This document shows positions 1 through 14,900 of a DNA stretch of 64,000 bases, in pieces. Position 1 is the stretch's first letter. Each line of letters starts with the position of its first letter. A model generated the notes under the pieces. It did not search any database, was not told the origin of the DNA, and saw only the letters and a list, made by a program, of their open reading frames with translations. The stretch comes from a virus: IMG/VR virus record IMGVR_UViG_3300009103_000007, positions 57,042 to 121,041 of that record. The stretch is one strand, 5' to 3'. The position numbers and the translations under genes were made by a program.

Positions 1-261
1 CTAACAGAAACAATGCCGGAATTGGGCGAGCCATTTTATATATCAGAGGTGTTTAAGATATTGAAAGATGTGGAGGAAGTCCTTGATGTGATAAATGTAA
101 AGGTCGTTTCTATTGATCCGACTGGCAATACAAATTATAGATCAGATATATTATATGATATTGAGAACAACATATCTCCCGAAGGGCGCGCCATATATTT
201 TCCACACAATTATATATGGGAAATTAAGTATGTAGGCGACGTGAGAGGCACCGTTAGATAA
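1..261 (+). CDS. C-terminal end of a probable baseplate wedge protein (T4 gp6/baseplate-J-like), truncated by the window start
   Basis: Frame is open from position 1 to TAA 259-261. The sequence LGEPFYISEVFKILKDVEEVLDVINVKV resembles baseplate wedge C-termini. It sits at the head of the baseplate block, and its stop overlaps the next ATG. Confidence 0.5.
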   Translation, partial: LTETMPELGEPFYISEVFKILKDVEEVLDVINVKVVSIDPTGNTNYRSDILYDIENNISPEGRAIYFPHNYIWEIKYVGDVRGTVR

Positions 262-2924
262 TGGCCGTAAAAAGATATACTGCAAGCAAAGACAATACTG
301 TTACGAATTCCTATAAATTTAATTTAACTTCGAGGGCTTATAGCTCGAATATGGGGAGTTCTGATATAATGGAGATATATTCCATATTTGGGCAGGCCAA
401 CTCTTCTTCATTGGAAAAAACACGTATTTTGGTAGACTTCCCCATAGAAGAGATACACAAAGATCGCTTAGCCTCCACAATACCGCGTTCCGGATCGGTT
501 AAGTTTTACATGGTGTTGACGAATGCTGAACATGGCCAAAGCACACCAGAAAAATATACAATTTCAGCAATTCCGATTTTAAGAGAGTGGGATGAGGGAT
601 ACGGCCTTGACATGGAGTCTTTTTTAGATGAGGGAGCAAGCAACTGGCTTTCAGCTAGTGACGGCAATCTGTGGCACACACAGGGGGGAGACTACAGAGA
701 CTACCATATTAATCCATACACAGCAGTGCCAAACGAATATACGCAGTATTTAAAATCCGGTATCGAAAATATAGAGATGGATGTAACCCACATAGTGGAA
801 GAATGGATCTCTGGGCAAGCAAATGATATGCCAAGTGCTACATCAAAAATTGTTTTTACTAATGATATCAGTAGGTTCTCTGGATCAACGTTAACACTTT
901 ATTCTCACGAAGGCCAGCAGGGTATCTTTAAATTTACTCGCGGAAATGGCGGAACTACCGTTTCAGCTGGCGAGCCTACCGGCTCATCAGGAAATACTCA
1001 CTATGTCCCCACAGGATCTAACGTTTCGGAATTAATAACGAACTTATATGATTCTGTGGTATCAGCTTTTTCTAGTAAAATATACGGACAAGTAGAGACA
1101 GGAAACAGATCGATGGAACTCACACAATCTTCAGGTGGGTTTTTTGGAAACACTGTCATAACTGCATCCGTTCATCAAACTAGCTCAATTACAATTTCAG
1201 CTGGCAATATAGCGGATGGTGATAGGTTTGAAATAAGATTTGCCGGCTTGAACCTTACTAGTAAGTTTTATTCATTTACAGCTTCTGGCGACGCCGGCAC
1301 ATACAATTTTGATAAAGGCGCCTCAAACGTGGCCGCAGCAACAAATCTATATACGAAGATAAAGAGCACCGCAGAAGTTGCTAACTATATGGAGCCATCC
1401 AACCCATCGAACGGTGTAGTGGTGTTAAAAATGTTTAAACCAGGCCCAGTTTACGGATCCGGTAGCGTATCATTTAGGTTGAGATCCGGTGGCACAATCC
1501 CTGCCTCGCGCGTAGAGATAAACGGAATTAGTAATGAGGTCGATTCAAATATTAATCAGATCAATTTTAATCCACCGAGTATATATCAAAGTCTGCCGCC
1601 GGTATTTACTGGTGGTGAATCAGCGCCATCTAATGGACTTCTTTTAAAGCTATCTGGATCTTATGAAGCGGGGTCGCTAAAGAGATCTTTTTATACGAAG
1701 AAATTTTTTGCAAGAGGTTCTCAGTATTTCTTTCACAGGCCTAGACTTGAAGCGCGCTGGGATTCGTCCATGAAAGATGATAGGGGTTCTGTGTATAAAT
1801 CAAGCAGTCTGGCAGAAGAAGCTGATAATTTGAATTCGATTTTCCTGTATAATAGACAAAGGGGTGGTTTGACTGACCTTCCAAATACTTCCTCTTATCT
1901 GCTTGCGCAATTGGTAACATCTTCTACGGGAGGCACTCCTGAAACTCTCAGTAAAGGAGGAGGAGTTTCTCCTGGCGCTTTAACATATATAACTGCAAGC
2001 AGGATGGATAAGGGTGTATATCGAGCACAGTTTGCATATCCTGGGAATTCAGCGACGTTATATGATATGTGGTACCGCGGCGAAAAGAAAACAAAAGCAA
2101 CAGCAACACTTTCTGTGACAGAGTCTCCAACGGCCGGGAACACAATAACCATAATAGACAACAGCGAAACACCAGTAAGTAAAACATATATTGCCCATCA
2201 GGATGGCAGCCTTTCTGATCTTCATTTTGATGTTGATGGCAGCCAGCAGACTGTAGCTTTGGCGATTAAAGCAGCGATCGAATCTTCGGGAGGCCACAAC
2301 GGCACAATACTTGTTTCAGATCCCGTCAACACAACGGGTAATACTTGGGCAATTACTCTAACTCAGAATGTCGAGGGCCCTACCGGAAATACAACAATTA
2401 CAAGCAACGTGACAAATCTTGATGCCGGCTCAGGAGTCGCAAAGAACGGCGAATTTTCTGGGGGAGCGGTTCCGATAACTGCACTTGGGATAACTGGATC
2501 TCCGTTTACCATAAGAAAAATGGAGCACGATTTTTACCACCATACACCCTCATACTTGACAAAGATAATAAACCTCAAACCGTCTTACAACAGCAACGAG
2601 AGGGTAACTTTTAGAGTTTTTACGAGAGATAAAAATTGGGCACCCAACGTTTACAGCAAAGCAACAAACAAAGTCCCAATTTCCAATATTAGAGACGGGT
2701 ATTATAAACTTAAGAGAGTGGCTGATGACTTGACAGTAATACCATACTCTACGGGAAGTGTGCCTAGTTATTCTTCCATGTCTTATGATTTGAGTGGTAG
2801 TTATTTTGATTTAGATATGTCTTTATTGGAGTCTGGATATCTTTACGAAATTAGTTTCCTTTACAGGTTCGGTGGAGATTATGTTGAACAAAAGGAAAAA
2901 TTTAAGTTCAGAGTAGAAGCATGA
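261..2924 (+). CDS. Virion structural protein (baseplate-associated), 887 aa, with three inserted repeat modules
   Basis: Long ORF translationally coupled on both sides. The N-terminus (KDNTVTN...REWDEG...SNW) is loosely DNRLRE-like. Three Gly/Thr/Ser-rich modules lie at about 837-1176, 1182-1470 and 2097-2468. Confidence 0.6.
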   Translation: MAVKRYTASKDNTVTNSYKFNLTSRAYSSNMGSSDIMEIYSIFGQANSSSLEKTRILVDFPIEEIHKDRLASTIPRSGSVKFYMVLTNAEHGQSTPEKYTISAIPILREWDEGYGLDMESFLDEGASNWLSASDGNLWHTQGGDYRDYHINPYTAVPNEYTQYLKSGIENIEMDVTHIVEEWISGQANDMPSATSKIVFTNDISRFSGSTLTLYSHEGQQGIFKFTRGNGGTTVSAGEPTGSSGNTHYVPTGSNVSELITNLYDSVVSAFSSKIYGQVETGNRSMELTQSSGGFFGNTVITASVHQTSSITISAGNIADGDRFEIRFAGLNLTSKFYSFTASGDAGTYNFDKGASNVAAATNLYTKIKSTAEVANYMEPSNPSNGVVVLKMFKPGPVYGSGSVSFRLRSGGTIPASRVEINGISNEVDSNINQINFNPPSIYQSLPPVFTGGESAPSNGLLLKLSGSYEAGSLKRSFYTKKFFARGSQYFFHRPRLEARWDSSMKDDRGSVYKSSSLAEEADNLNSIFLYNRQRGGLTDLPNTSSYLLAQLVTSSTGGTPETLSKGGGVSPGALTYITASRMDKGVYRAQFAYPGNSATLYDMWYRGEKKTKATATLSVTESPTAGNTITIIDNSETPVSKTYIAHQDGSLSDLHFDVDGSQQTVALAIKAAIESSGGHNGTILVSDPVNTTGNTWAITLTQNVEGPTGNTTITSNVTNLDAGSGVAKNGEFSGGAVPITALGITGSPFTIRKMEHDFYHHTPSYLTKIINLKPSYNSNERVTFRVFTRDKNWAPNVYSKATNKVPISNIRDGYYKLKRVADDLTVIPYSTGSVPSYSSMSYDLSGSYFDLDMSLLESGYLYEISFLYRFGGDYVEQKEKFKFRVEA

Positions 2925-5900
2925 CAAATTATAGAGATAAATATCGGAATCGCCCATCCCGCAAACTTACTGAATTTGATTCAACCGAAAGGAAGAATAT
3001 TTTTTTCAATAAGCGAGGAGAAAACATACTCGCCAATAAAGATATTGATGATATAACACCACTGGATGCTGAATCTGAAAGATTTATAAGAGCGTTCATT
3101 AAGAAAAAGACAAGATATGTTCCAGAAATGGATCATAACGATCCATCGACGTTTGCTTTTTATGGCTCGGCCGAAAAATATTATGAAGACTCAATTTCTC
3201 GCATATATGATACATATCCATATGATGGGTCCAAAGCAGAACGTTTAGAATGGTTCTTAAGCTCTTCTTATTTAGACATTTATATGTTTGAGCACGAGTA
3301 CCCAAAGAGTACCGGATATGTTAAACTTTCTCCTGAAGGTTGGGGGTTGAAGGAGGCGTCTGATAGTAAGTATGGAAAGCCTGCTAATCTGCAATATATA
3401 TATTTTAACGGCGGCCCACACAAAAACAACATATATAATGCTGCTAAAAATAGAGAAAGTAATTTAAAAATTGATGGAGCAAAAGGAAACACTGTAGAAT
3501 TTTGGCTAAAAAAGAAAGCGTACGTATCTTCCACATTGACAACGCGGGAAGTGTTGTTCGATGTGCACGCCAGTAGAATTACCGCCTCTACTGACAATGA
3601 TTATGCACGCTTTAGAGTAGAGCTTGATCAATCTGTTACTTCGGGTAGTCCTTTTCGGGTTACTTATTTGTCTGGAGCAGTAGGGTTCGATTCGGAACTT
3701 ATTGGCAAGAATATCACCAAGGCCTCGGTGGCTGATGATTCTTGGCACCACTATGCTATAACGGTCAAGCACTCTGGATCTTCTGGCCTGTGCGCCAAGC
3801 TTTATGTCGACGGCGCGCTCGAAGATGTGAAAAAGCAAGAAATAACTTCTTTTGGATCCGTGGATCGCCATCTTGTGGGCACCGTTGGTGCTTTGGTTGC
3901 TGAAGATGGCACCGCCGGCGGCCTTGGATGGGGGAAGTTATCCGGATCACTAGACGAATTTAGGTATTGGAAAGAAGAAAGGTCCTCGAAACAGATAGGC
4001 AGATATTGGTATAGCCCCGTAGCTGGAGGAACAGACAAAGATCACTCCAACGCTTCCTTGGGTTTATACTATAAGTTCAACGAAGGTCTTACATCACCTA
4101 TCCGCGACAGGACAATATTAGATTATTCCGGCCGGATTTCTAATGGTAAGTTTGTTGGCTATACTTCGTCTTGCAGATCCACATCTTCAGCAATAACTGA
4201 AGCTTCAGTTATATCCGAATCTGGCTTTGTGGAAAAGGGCGACCCAATCGTTAACAAAGAAAACACACAAGTTATAGCACTGCAAGAGAATTACTCTAAA
4301 AAAGGCAGTTCACATGATAGATCAAACCTCTCTTCGATGCAGAATACTATACCCGCCTACATTACTGAATCCGGCGGTCCATTGTTCCAGGAATTGCTGC
4401 AGGTTGTATCCTCTGCTTTTGACGATATTTATATAAAAATAAAACTTTTACCAAAAATAAAAGATTACACTTATCATGACTTTTTTAACAAAAAGGGCAC
4501 ATCTAAGGTATTAAGGGACAACAACTTTTTACTTGGATGTGAATCTTCTGAGGATTTCGAATTTGTTGGCAGCCATATAAAACCATGGATAAGCTACATC
4601 TTGGAACATTTTGGGCTTGTTTCTAGAAATGTTTTTGCAAATGTTGAAGTATTTGAACATTTTTCTAATAGAGCCGAGAAAGTCACTTACGAGCAGCAGC
4701 TTCATGAAGTAAAGAATGTAATTTTATCCAACATACACAGAAACCTCCCACTCTTGTATAAAACAAAAGGAACGGAACAATCCTTCAGGAACTTGATAAG
4801 GTGCTTTGGTGTGGATGATGAGTTGGTGCGACTTAATGTTTACGCTAATAACGAAGAGTACAAAATAAGTAACAATGCTACGTATTCTATTTTGAAACCC
4901 AAGAGTGTCGACTTCACAGATAAGGATTACTTGGGTACCATTTATCCTATTGCTGCCGCAAGTGACGAGAGAAGCTATATAACTGCCTCCTCTGGACAGA
5001 TTCCAATCACCGTGGAGGGTAATTTTATTTTTCAAGAAGGCAAAGACGAAACTCAAAGCTTTGAAAAGACCTCCCTATTTGGAATGTATTCGGTAGAAGG
5101 AAAACAAACATCCAGCGATTTATCTTGGGCCAGCCCATCGTCTGGCTCATTTCAGGTATATGCAAGCAAATATAAAAAGCACGGAAACCGCGCTCAATTT
5201 GTTCTAGAGAGCGCTTCAGATTTATTTGAAACGGTAACTTCTTCATATTTTCCAGATGTTTATGATGGTAGTCATTGGAATATCTCTGTTAGGATGGGGA
5301 AATACTCCGATTTAAAATATGATGTTGCTGCTAGTTCATCGGTAGGTACACACGCTGTTGAATTTGCGGGATACAATTACGATCTAGACGTTCTTAAACA
5401 TAGTTTTTACGTTACAAAAAGCATTGCAGCAACAGATTATGAGGCTTTCTGCAAAAGCAACATGGCGCCATATCTTGGAGCCCAGAGAACAAACTTTTCT
5501 GGATCGAGTATCACCCCGGCTGATTCCCGTGCCCTCTCGTTTAATGTTTGGCACGACAAGCTGTCGGAACTTGAACTGAAGGAGCATGCGAAAAATCCAC
5601 TGTCTTATGGCCGACAGGACCCACAGTTCGTTTCTAATTTTGATGTTGGTAAGAACCTCTCAGGTCAAGATTCTTTAGTCCTTAGGTGGCAATTTTCAGA
5701 CATTACAGCATCTTCTGGCAATGGTGAATTATCTGTGGTGGATTATACCAGCGGGTCATTATATAGATCGACAAGTGCCGGGTATAAATATCCTGGTAAG
5801 GGATTTGGTTTTGCATCCACGACAGGCTCCATAAGACAAGAATTCCTTCCAGTAACAAAATATGCAGGAATAGATAACGTCTACACTAGCGATAGGGTTA

Positions 5901-8900
5901 AAATAAGAACTATTGATTCTACTGCTTACGAGGCAGACTCTAGACCAATTACTTATTATTTTACATTTGAGAAGAGCATGTATCAGGCGATATCAGAGGA
6001 GATGATGAATTTCTTTTCTGGAGTTAAGGGTCTGAACAATTTGTTGGGCGACCCTATCAACAAATATAGGGAAAACTACAAACTTCTTGGAAAGCTTAGG
6101 CAAAGATTTTTTGAAAAAGTTGAATCGGATATTGAGTTTGAAAGATATATTCAATATTACAGATGGATAGATGATTCTTTATCAAATTTCTTAAATCAGC
6201 TTACACCATTATCGTCCGAGTTTTCGGACAGAATAAGAGATATTGTAGAGAGTCATGTTCTGGAGAGAAACAAATACCAACACAAATTTCCAACCTTAGA
6301 ACCAAAAGATGGAGATTTAGAAGCTCATGTTATGGGTATCAACGAACTATTATATGATTGGGAATTCGGACATGCACCCCCAGTAGATACCGATAAGGTT
6401 ATAACACACAGACCGCTCATAAAAGCTGTTTATTTTCCGGGGGGATTCAATGCCAACCCAGGCGGCGATGATGAATTAATAATTGATAAAATTAGCAAAT
6501 CACTATCTTTTAATAATGCCCCGATAGCTCGCAACAGCCCAAGTACAATATCTAGTTATTCACTAGCGGGCACAGAATTTATAGTAGGCAATAGCCCGTC
6601 CGGAGACTGGTCAGGCCAAGCTGGAAAGCTAGCAACTTGGGATGCAGAAAATTCTGAATGGGATTTTTCCGTGAACCCATATGGTGAGAATCCTGGATAC
6701 AACGCGTTCACTATAAGTGCGTGGATAAATATTTCTTCATATCATGGAAACAACGCATCCGACAAGAGGATAATATTAGAGAAGAGTTACGAATATAAAT
6801 TAGCAATGGATTACAAGCTTTCCAGCGGCAATAATGTTCCGGACAAGTTGCAATTTTTCATATACGACCAGGGCACAAATGGTTACAGCAGCACCAATCG
6901 TATGCAGTTGCTATCATCGACTGCAGCTGCCACAATGACTGATCATGAATTTCATCATGTTGTAGTCGTGGTGGACTCCACATCTGGCGATAAAATAAGG
7001 CTATATTTAGATGGCACACAGATTACTTTAGATTCAGATACTACGGTCACCACATCGGGCGCGGGAGTCACCAACATGCGCGCCGGCTCAGGCAAACTAA
7101 AGTTTGGCGAAGATATGGATTATGGTCATGACTATTTGGCAGATACAGTATTTTTCAACAAAGCACTCAACTCGGCCGAGATAGAAGAGTTATATAATTC
7201 GGGAGATCTAATGGAAGTCTCGGAACACTCTGCTTATGATAATGTAATATCGTGGTGGAAGATGGGCGAGGGGGACGCCACCGGCGCTGCTGGAGTGAGG
7301 GATAGCGTCGGCTCTCATCACGGAACACTCCAAAATGAAGGAACGATAGTCCAATATTCTTCCGGAGAAAGCCCAAATACAGTCTTGGCGAAATACGGAG
7401 ATGGGTCATTTAACGGCGGCACAGTAAACTTCTATTATGACTGGGATAAAGAGCAAATAGTCAGAGAAACCATAAAGGTCGCATCAGAAAAGAAAAGTTG
7501 TTTTTGGTGGCAAGAAAGGGCCGAGAGAAATCTTATAAACGTTTTGGGCATGTCTTCCAGCGTCGATAACACTAGGGAGGTTATAAAACTTAGAGGAAAC
7601 ACTGTGGTCAGCGGATCAACTTACGCAATAAGAAAATTGTCGCGACCATATAAAATTTCTCTAGATATGCAGAAGTCATATAAGGGTGGTGGAAACCACA
7701 AGGCAAATAAAACCAAAGATCTCTACAAAGTTGTGAATTATGATGAGAGCAACGAATTAATTATAAGGTCTGAAGATATAGGGGTTTTCAAAGAATGCGG
7801 GGACATCAAGGAGCCTGCCGCAAAGAAGTCATATTTCGCGAAAGTTGATCTTGCTGGTGCAGATGATTATTCAGATACTGATGCATCAATGGTCCTTCCC
7901 TTTACATTGATGTCTTCTTCTGTTGGTACAGATTTTAGTAACTTTAAACAAAATCTACAAATCACCAACAACCATCATGATGGCATGGGTGCTTCGGATG
8001 AAATATCTATAAGAAGTTCTTTCGCCGCGGCCCATGTGGGGGGCATGCCTCACCGGCACGTAGCATTTAACAATAATTTTCAAGGGCGCCGAGCCATCGC
8101 CATTGTTAATTTTACTGGCCAAACAAATCAGGGGGGAGAATCAGTTGACCTCACTCCACGCGGCGGCACAAGAGAACGTTATAGGGAGGGGGTAGAGTGG
8201 TCGAAAGTAAACGGAAACGCCGCCGCCTCTGCATTAAATTTGTCTAATGCCATCAACGTATCTAGTAACTTTGAAGCCCGCATCGATCCGACTGACTCTA
8301 CCAAGATATTGATAACATCACTTCGCCCGGGTAATTTGGGTAATAAAGACGAAATAGTCTTCAATAACGGCGGTGGATCTTCAGCCATGTGGACAATACA
8401 AAAATTTTCTTCAGGTTTGTTCCAAGATCGCCCAGAGGCATATCATTTAACTGGGGCTGATAATGGTAGCTGGCTGAAGCTCAAGAAAGTTGATCTTGTA
8501 AATGCTCGCTCGCAGTTTTATAGAGATTTTGCCGCAAACACATTTTACAACGTTAAGAATATAAAGTATAATACGTCTTCTGCGTTGATAGGAAACTACG
8601 ACAAAGACTATCAAATTGTTATGACGACCGGTAGGCGCTCAAATAATGGATATCTTTTGGACTTGACAGCGTCAGCTTATCCGGCTAACCCTTCGTGGTC
8701 TTGGCCAATAAGCGGAGTAATAGACCATGCGATAGTAGAGCGCCCTCGGCAAAGTCACGTTATAACAAGTCGATTTTCGACAGTGGGTGGTGAATCTGCT
8801 AGTCCGCACACTAGGGATATGGAAACAGACGAATATTCAATTTATTCTACTTTAAATTATAAGAATGCAATCATCCGTCGGGCCCTGAATGAGCTTCACA

Positions 8901-11900
8901 GGGAGCGCTCAAATCAGTTTGGATTCCGTCTTGGCAGCGCAGATTCGGGTTCGCATACAGTTGGCGTCCCATCTCCATTAAACCATGCTTCGGTTCATAT
9001 GACTAACAGAAACCCTCGCCACGCGCTGAGGTACGACAAAGTTAAGGATTTTAATACCAAGGTGATTAAGTTCGACGGAACTAGTGATTACTTTGATATA
9101 AGTGCGACTAGACTTATCTTTAAAGATAGTGCAGGCTCTTCATTTTTTGCTTGGATAAAACATCCCGAAGTTACTCAGGTTTATTCTCACGCCCTTCTAG
9201 CTATCAATGGCCCCACAGGTAACGACAACCCGCTGATATTTGGTTTATCCGGCACAGGGTTTTCCGCGGCCGAAGAAGGCCACCCAATGTGGTGGGACGA
9301 TGCGACCGGCACGCCAATTCGCTACCTGCCAGCCCCTAGTTCTTCGAAGGCCAGAATTGATGATGACAAATGGCATTTGGTTGGGTTTGTTTATAATTCC
9401 GCCGGAAACATGGCTACCATATACGTAGATGGAGTTCAATATGATGAACCGTTTGTAGTTTCTAGTCTTACCAGCGTGATAGCCGCTAATGACTACGTCT
9501 CGATAGGGACAGAATTCGACGCCAGTTCCGCGGGAACCCCCGGCAACTGGGCTAAGGGTTACGTGTCAAATGTGTCCATTTGGAGTACAGCGTTAAGTAA
9601 TGACCAAGTAGCTGAATTATATACTGATGGATATGCTGAGAGATCTAATTTTTGGGAAGGATATAAAACTGGTCCGGCCAACCTACTTCACCATAGTGCC
9701 GCAAAACACTTAGCGGCATGGTATCGCTTTGGTGATGGTTATGACGAATCGACACCCGCAAACAAGGATATGTTGGGCGGAGATAATAATAGTGACGCAG
9801 GTAATAGGATCTATGATATGAGTCCTGGCACCAAATATCATGCAACTCCGATGGGGACATTCGCCGCTAGTGCGATGCTTGACGCTGAAGGCTTTCCGGG
9901 GCGCACTGGCCCCGCTCCAAAGTTTGATAACTTTTTTGTAAACCATCCAATACCTCAGTCCGAGTTTCAATACGCATGGATAACAGCAAGTATTGACAAG
10001 AGTAAAACCGTATACGATTTCGTAGAGAGTAATGCCGGCTTTGGATATCAACACAATTTTTCGATTACAGATTCTGTTACGGGAGAATACTTGAAATCAA
10101 AAGAATCGATACCGTTTATTACAATAAGCGAGGTTGGGAGTCATCACGGCATATATGCCGCCAGTGATCCCGACACGGAGGTCCCTCTTACTTTTGGACT
10201 GTCCTTGGTAGGCAGCGCCGCCGGCATTGTGGCCGACGATGATAGGTACGTAATGACTGACTTTGTGGGAATGAACACCATTGTTTATGAACCCGTGAAC
10301 CCAACGACGAACACGCTTGGTCATAATTCACTTGAAATGGTAAATACTGCTGGCCAGACTGTGATTCAGGATATCAATTATATTAATTCTACCATCAATA
10401 ATACAGATTTGCCTTGGGAAGGGATGTATTCCCCGCCGGTCGTAACCGGTGATGATACTGTGGTACCGGAAGGCCTCGCGACCACGTTAAATGCAATCAT
10501 AAACAACCGCCAGGGCCCTTATGGTTGGCCGTCATGGAAGCAGCTTCGAGGCGCCTCACACCCCGTGGCGCGCTCTCACAGAAAAGCAAATATACACTCA
10601 TTCGTCGTACGCGGAGGCGTTACACCAAATGAGGTAAATATTAACTCACTGCAGCTTTACGAGGTAGATGCCTTTTCTAATGAATATAATTCGAAAACAA
10701 ATATAGTCTATCCAGAAAACTACAATGGCCAACGGAATGAAGAATTCAATGTAGTCAAGATGACAAATGCTCGCTCTAACGCAAATTATATTGATATACC
10801 TGTTACGGTTAGATTTAATCCGGTGTGTTTTTCTGAACACGCAAATCGAATGCCGGGTACCCTCGGCGGCCCCCACAGACTTAGTTTTTGGGAAGCCAAA
10901 TCTCGACTAGAGAAGGCTAGCCAAAATCAAGAGCAATCGATTTGGGATCTTGATGAATATATTTATGACTTGTGGGCTTCTAGTGCTGGCACTGGCCTTT
11001 CCGGCCAATCACCGGAAGGGGACCCTTTATTGTTAGAACGCTCCGACGCTCAGTTTTCCTCGCGCGCATGGGACATAACAGCTACGAAGGTTTCTTATCA
11101 AAATGATGTAACTACCTATGCTAACAAGAAAATAACTGAAAAATTGGAGATTGATGAATATAGGCAAGGGGCTGCCTTAAATCTTATTGGCCAAGTTGGG
11201 CGCTTTAGTGAAGCTGCCTCGTCGGAGATAAATTATATTGAAACTATTTATCCCAGAGAAGAGAACACTTTTACAAAAAATGCAAGAACAAGAGAGAAGT
11301 TTAAATTCACTTGGGTTTCTGGCAGCTCTAATAGAACTAAAATATTTGAAAATTCCAATAATTATGGTTCATATATAGCTATCTCGTCATCGTCACCATA
11401 TTATTATTTATTTCCAGAGATTTCTTCAAAAGGGAATATTGGGTATAGGGATCACAACGGCCTTAACATTGAAGCGGTAGACATGGTGGGTGATGAGACA
11501 GCAACAGGATTTGGAACACTTCATAGGATAACTTCGTCAGTGTGGCTTCTTGATTCGCGAAAAGACTTCTCTAAACCACCATTAAATTTGACGGCCTCTT
11601 ATTTCAGAGGGAGGCATGGTCTAAGAACCGAGTCAGATAGAAATGACTTTTTAGCAAACAGAGATCAAGGCAAAAGAGGGGAAGGTACACTACAAAATGA
11701 TTACAACATTTTCGGATTGGGATATAATGCGCTCCATGGCTATACCCCGCCGGCGCCTTTATATAACAGAAGGATACCACAGTTTGTGCAAATTTCTAAT
11801 GCACAGTGCACAATTACAGCAGCTAACAGTTGGGGCTCCGGCTGGCCAGACACCTACCACGAACGCACAGTAACAATCAAGGATGCTGATGGCAATTCAG

Positions 11901-14900
11901 TTATTTTCAAGGTAAATAAGAACACAGCTTATACCACCACGGGGGGTGCTCTTGGGGTAGGCAATGGGACAGTGTCAATACCCCTTCAAGGTGCCGTCGA
12001 CACTGGTAAAGCAATTACTGGCATAAGGAATGCACTCTTGTTCGCCGCGTCTTCGGACATCGCACAGTATACTCTGAATATTACGGTGTCAGATATAGAG
12101 GAATCTAAGAGAATTATTTTGACACAAACAACCCCCGGCACGATAGGCAACACTACACTTACTTTTTCTCACGGCGGAAGCAACCCCCTGAGTAGTGCAT
12201 ATACTTTTGCTGACTCTTCGTTCACAAAAGGCGCCGACGCTGAATACCTCTCTGGCGAAGCAAAGTGGGAAACGGGCCAGCAAGCGGACAGGTACCCATC
12301 TAAGGATAGCTATTATCTGCAAACCAATGCAGTAAAAGCTATCGCGCAAGACCATTCTCTAATACCTGAATTCAGAATAAGTGATTTTGTAGAAGATGTG
12401 GTAACTAACGAGAATGGTGATTTCTTGAGCATAAGTGACAAATTTTTATCCCTAACTGGCGCCCTATATGCAAACTCAGAAGGTGAAATAGAATCAGACA
12501 CAAAGTTCTTTAAAACATATTCAACTAGCGAATTTATGAAGTATTTTGATATTGTTTCTGAAAACTGCATAGAGCATGATTTTTTGCCTCGTCGCTTTAC
12601 TCTAAAATGTAATGCTGCCTTGCAATTCGTTCCCTATTACGGCTTCTATCCAGCAGAAAGGACTCAACAATTGGCAGAACTTTTTGGAAGGGGATACATG
12701 CCGGACGACTCTTGGTCAGTGAACTTTACACCGGGAACAGGAATAGCAAACAAAAGCCATTATTTGAAAAAGAAAATTTCAGGCTCTCTAGCTCGTGCTG
12801 TAAAGCCATTATTTTCGCCGGGCGTGCTGTACAATTCAATTAAATCTGGTATAGCAGTTGATTATCCAATCTTTAAAACAGATATCAGCCAAGGTTTGGG
12901 TAGCGCTACAAAGGGGGTAAAGTATCTAACTTCAACCTCTGGGCCGTTAAAAAAGTGGCATCACCTATCCGCTTCGGCCGGCCAGTCCGGAATCACAGGA
13001 TCCTTGATTAACGGCACACACATGGCGGGATATCGTAACTTTACAGGATCAATAGCTACTATGCGCGCCGGGATTCCTCGTCTTTCTGGCTCTGTTGAGA
13101 GCCCTTCTGTTGGCGGCGTTAGCTATAGGGTTAAGTTTGAGGATTTGCTAAATCCTGAGAACCTGTTTGAAAAATCAATGTATAATAGCGAACCTCATCC
13201 AAGTGCTAGTGCTTATTTTGGAGGCAGGGAATGGTCGAAAATAAATGACTATCCATATAAGTTCGGCACAATAAACAAGAATGACGACCACTTCGGCCGC
13301 CTAGGCATCGCAACGTTCAGCAGATCTAAGGGTCTCGCCACTTCATTGGCGCCATATAAAATGGCAATGAACAATTTCGCAGCAGAAACAGTAAATTTCT
13401 TCTTAAAAGACAGCAAAGTGGCTACCTTGACATCCAAGGAAGTAAATTTTCAGCTGGATGCGGATGTTATATATAAGACAAGGATATACCTGAAGAATGT
13501 AGATTTAATGATGTACGATAGGCATTCTGCATTTGGTCCCCCAGTTGATGAGGGGGAGGGGTTAGAGGTAACTATAACAACTGCTGCCGGCGGCAAGCGC
13601 GCCTATGGAGGCAACATGAGATCTCATGTTGTGGATGGTGGCACTCTAGCGTGGCAAACTGATGCTGTTATGACAACACTCCCTGCTATTAAAATAAATT
13701 TCTTAAATGAAGACGGTACGGAAACTGAAAAAAAGATTCAGTTTTACAACGCTGCTTCAACTCCGGATACACTTGAAACTGCTGATATTTATAGCATTAA
13801 GTTGTGTGATGAAAACAAGAATGTTATATCTGATGAGAGTTTGGCTACCAAAATTATTTTGGGATTAGGTCACCTTGGGTTTGTTGATATGTCTTCCATG
13901 GGCGCCCACATTTTTAATACATCGCAAGCGAATCCTGGAGCAGGCGCCAATAGTGGAACTTTTAGCGTTACGAAGGTGAATGGTTCCGACGGTACGAACA
14001 CTTTTTATATTTTATCAGCCGATGCGATCGCTGCAGGGGCTAATGCTCACCTATTTCAGTATTTAGATGATTTGACGGGCGGCACGAACGTAACTCTTGT
14101 ACAGAGAGAGACGGAAACTAGAAATCATATGCATGGTTATGCTCCGTTTACTCCTCCTTTCTTAGACAAAAACTCTGAGCCATATATGGAAATTTCCTAT
14201 CGGCCGCAAAGTACAGACGCAGAAGATCCTAGAATTGTGAATGTAACGTTAGATAAGATTCACAGAGGCATGACCGTTGAGTATAAGAATTTCCATCCAG
14301 ATAACGAGCCAAACAACAAGTTGAATAATACTAACTTTCGAGAATCGATGAATTTGGGAGCGAGTCTTGATTTTAAAGAATTTGTCCGCTATTACGATAG
14401 TGGGAACCACAACGAGGAGATTTTAGCCAAACGTCGATGGGTGATACAAACAAAATGGGAAACACCCGTTTTGGATTTCAAGAATGCGGAAAAGACAGCT
14501 TTAAGGCTCGACACGATGACAACTGAAAAAATTTCCACTTCACCGTGGAAAGTAAGAAACTGGGATTCATACTATACGATTGAACACTCTTCTGATATTC
14601 CGTATTTAACGGGGTCGACCGGCATGTGGCACCAAAATGGCGTACGCACCTCCACTTCGGGAAATGGGTATTATATGCAAGTATCTGATATTCCTGGCCT
14701 TGATCAGGATCACCAACTGGGGAGACATCTTGGCTGGACCAACGGCGCCGGAAGAACAACCGAGTCGGGTATCACACCAGTCGGCCGAATATCTCAAAAG
14801 AAGGAAATAAGTGAAGCAGTTGTAGCTATACCTTATACTGTTGATTCGGAAACCTGTGAGGTTAAGTTTTTTAATTTAGAATTATCATCTCGAATGCGCG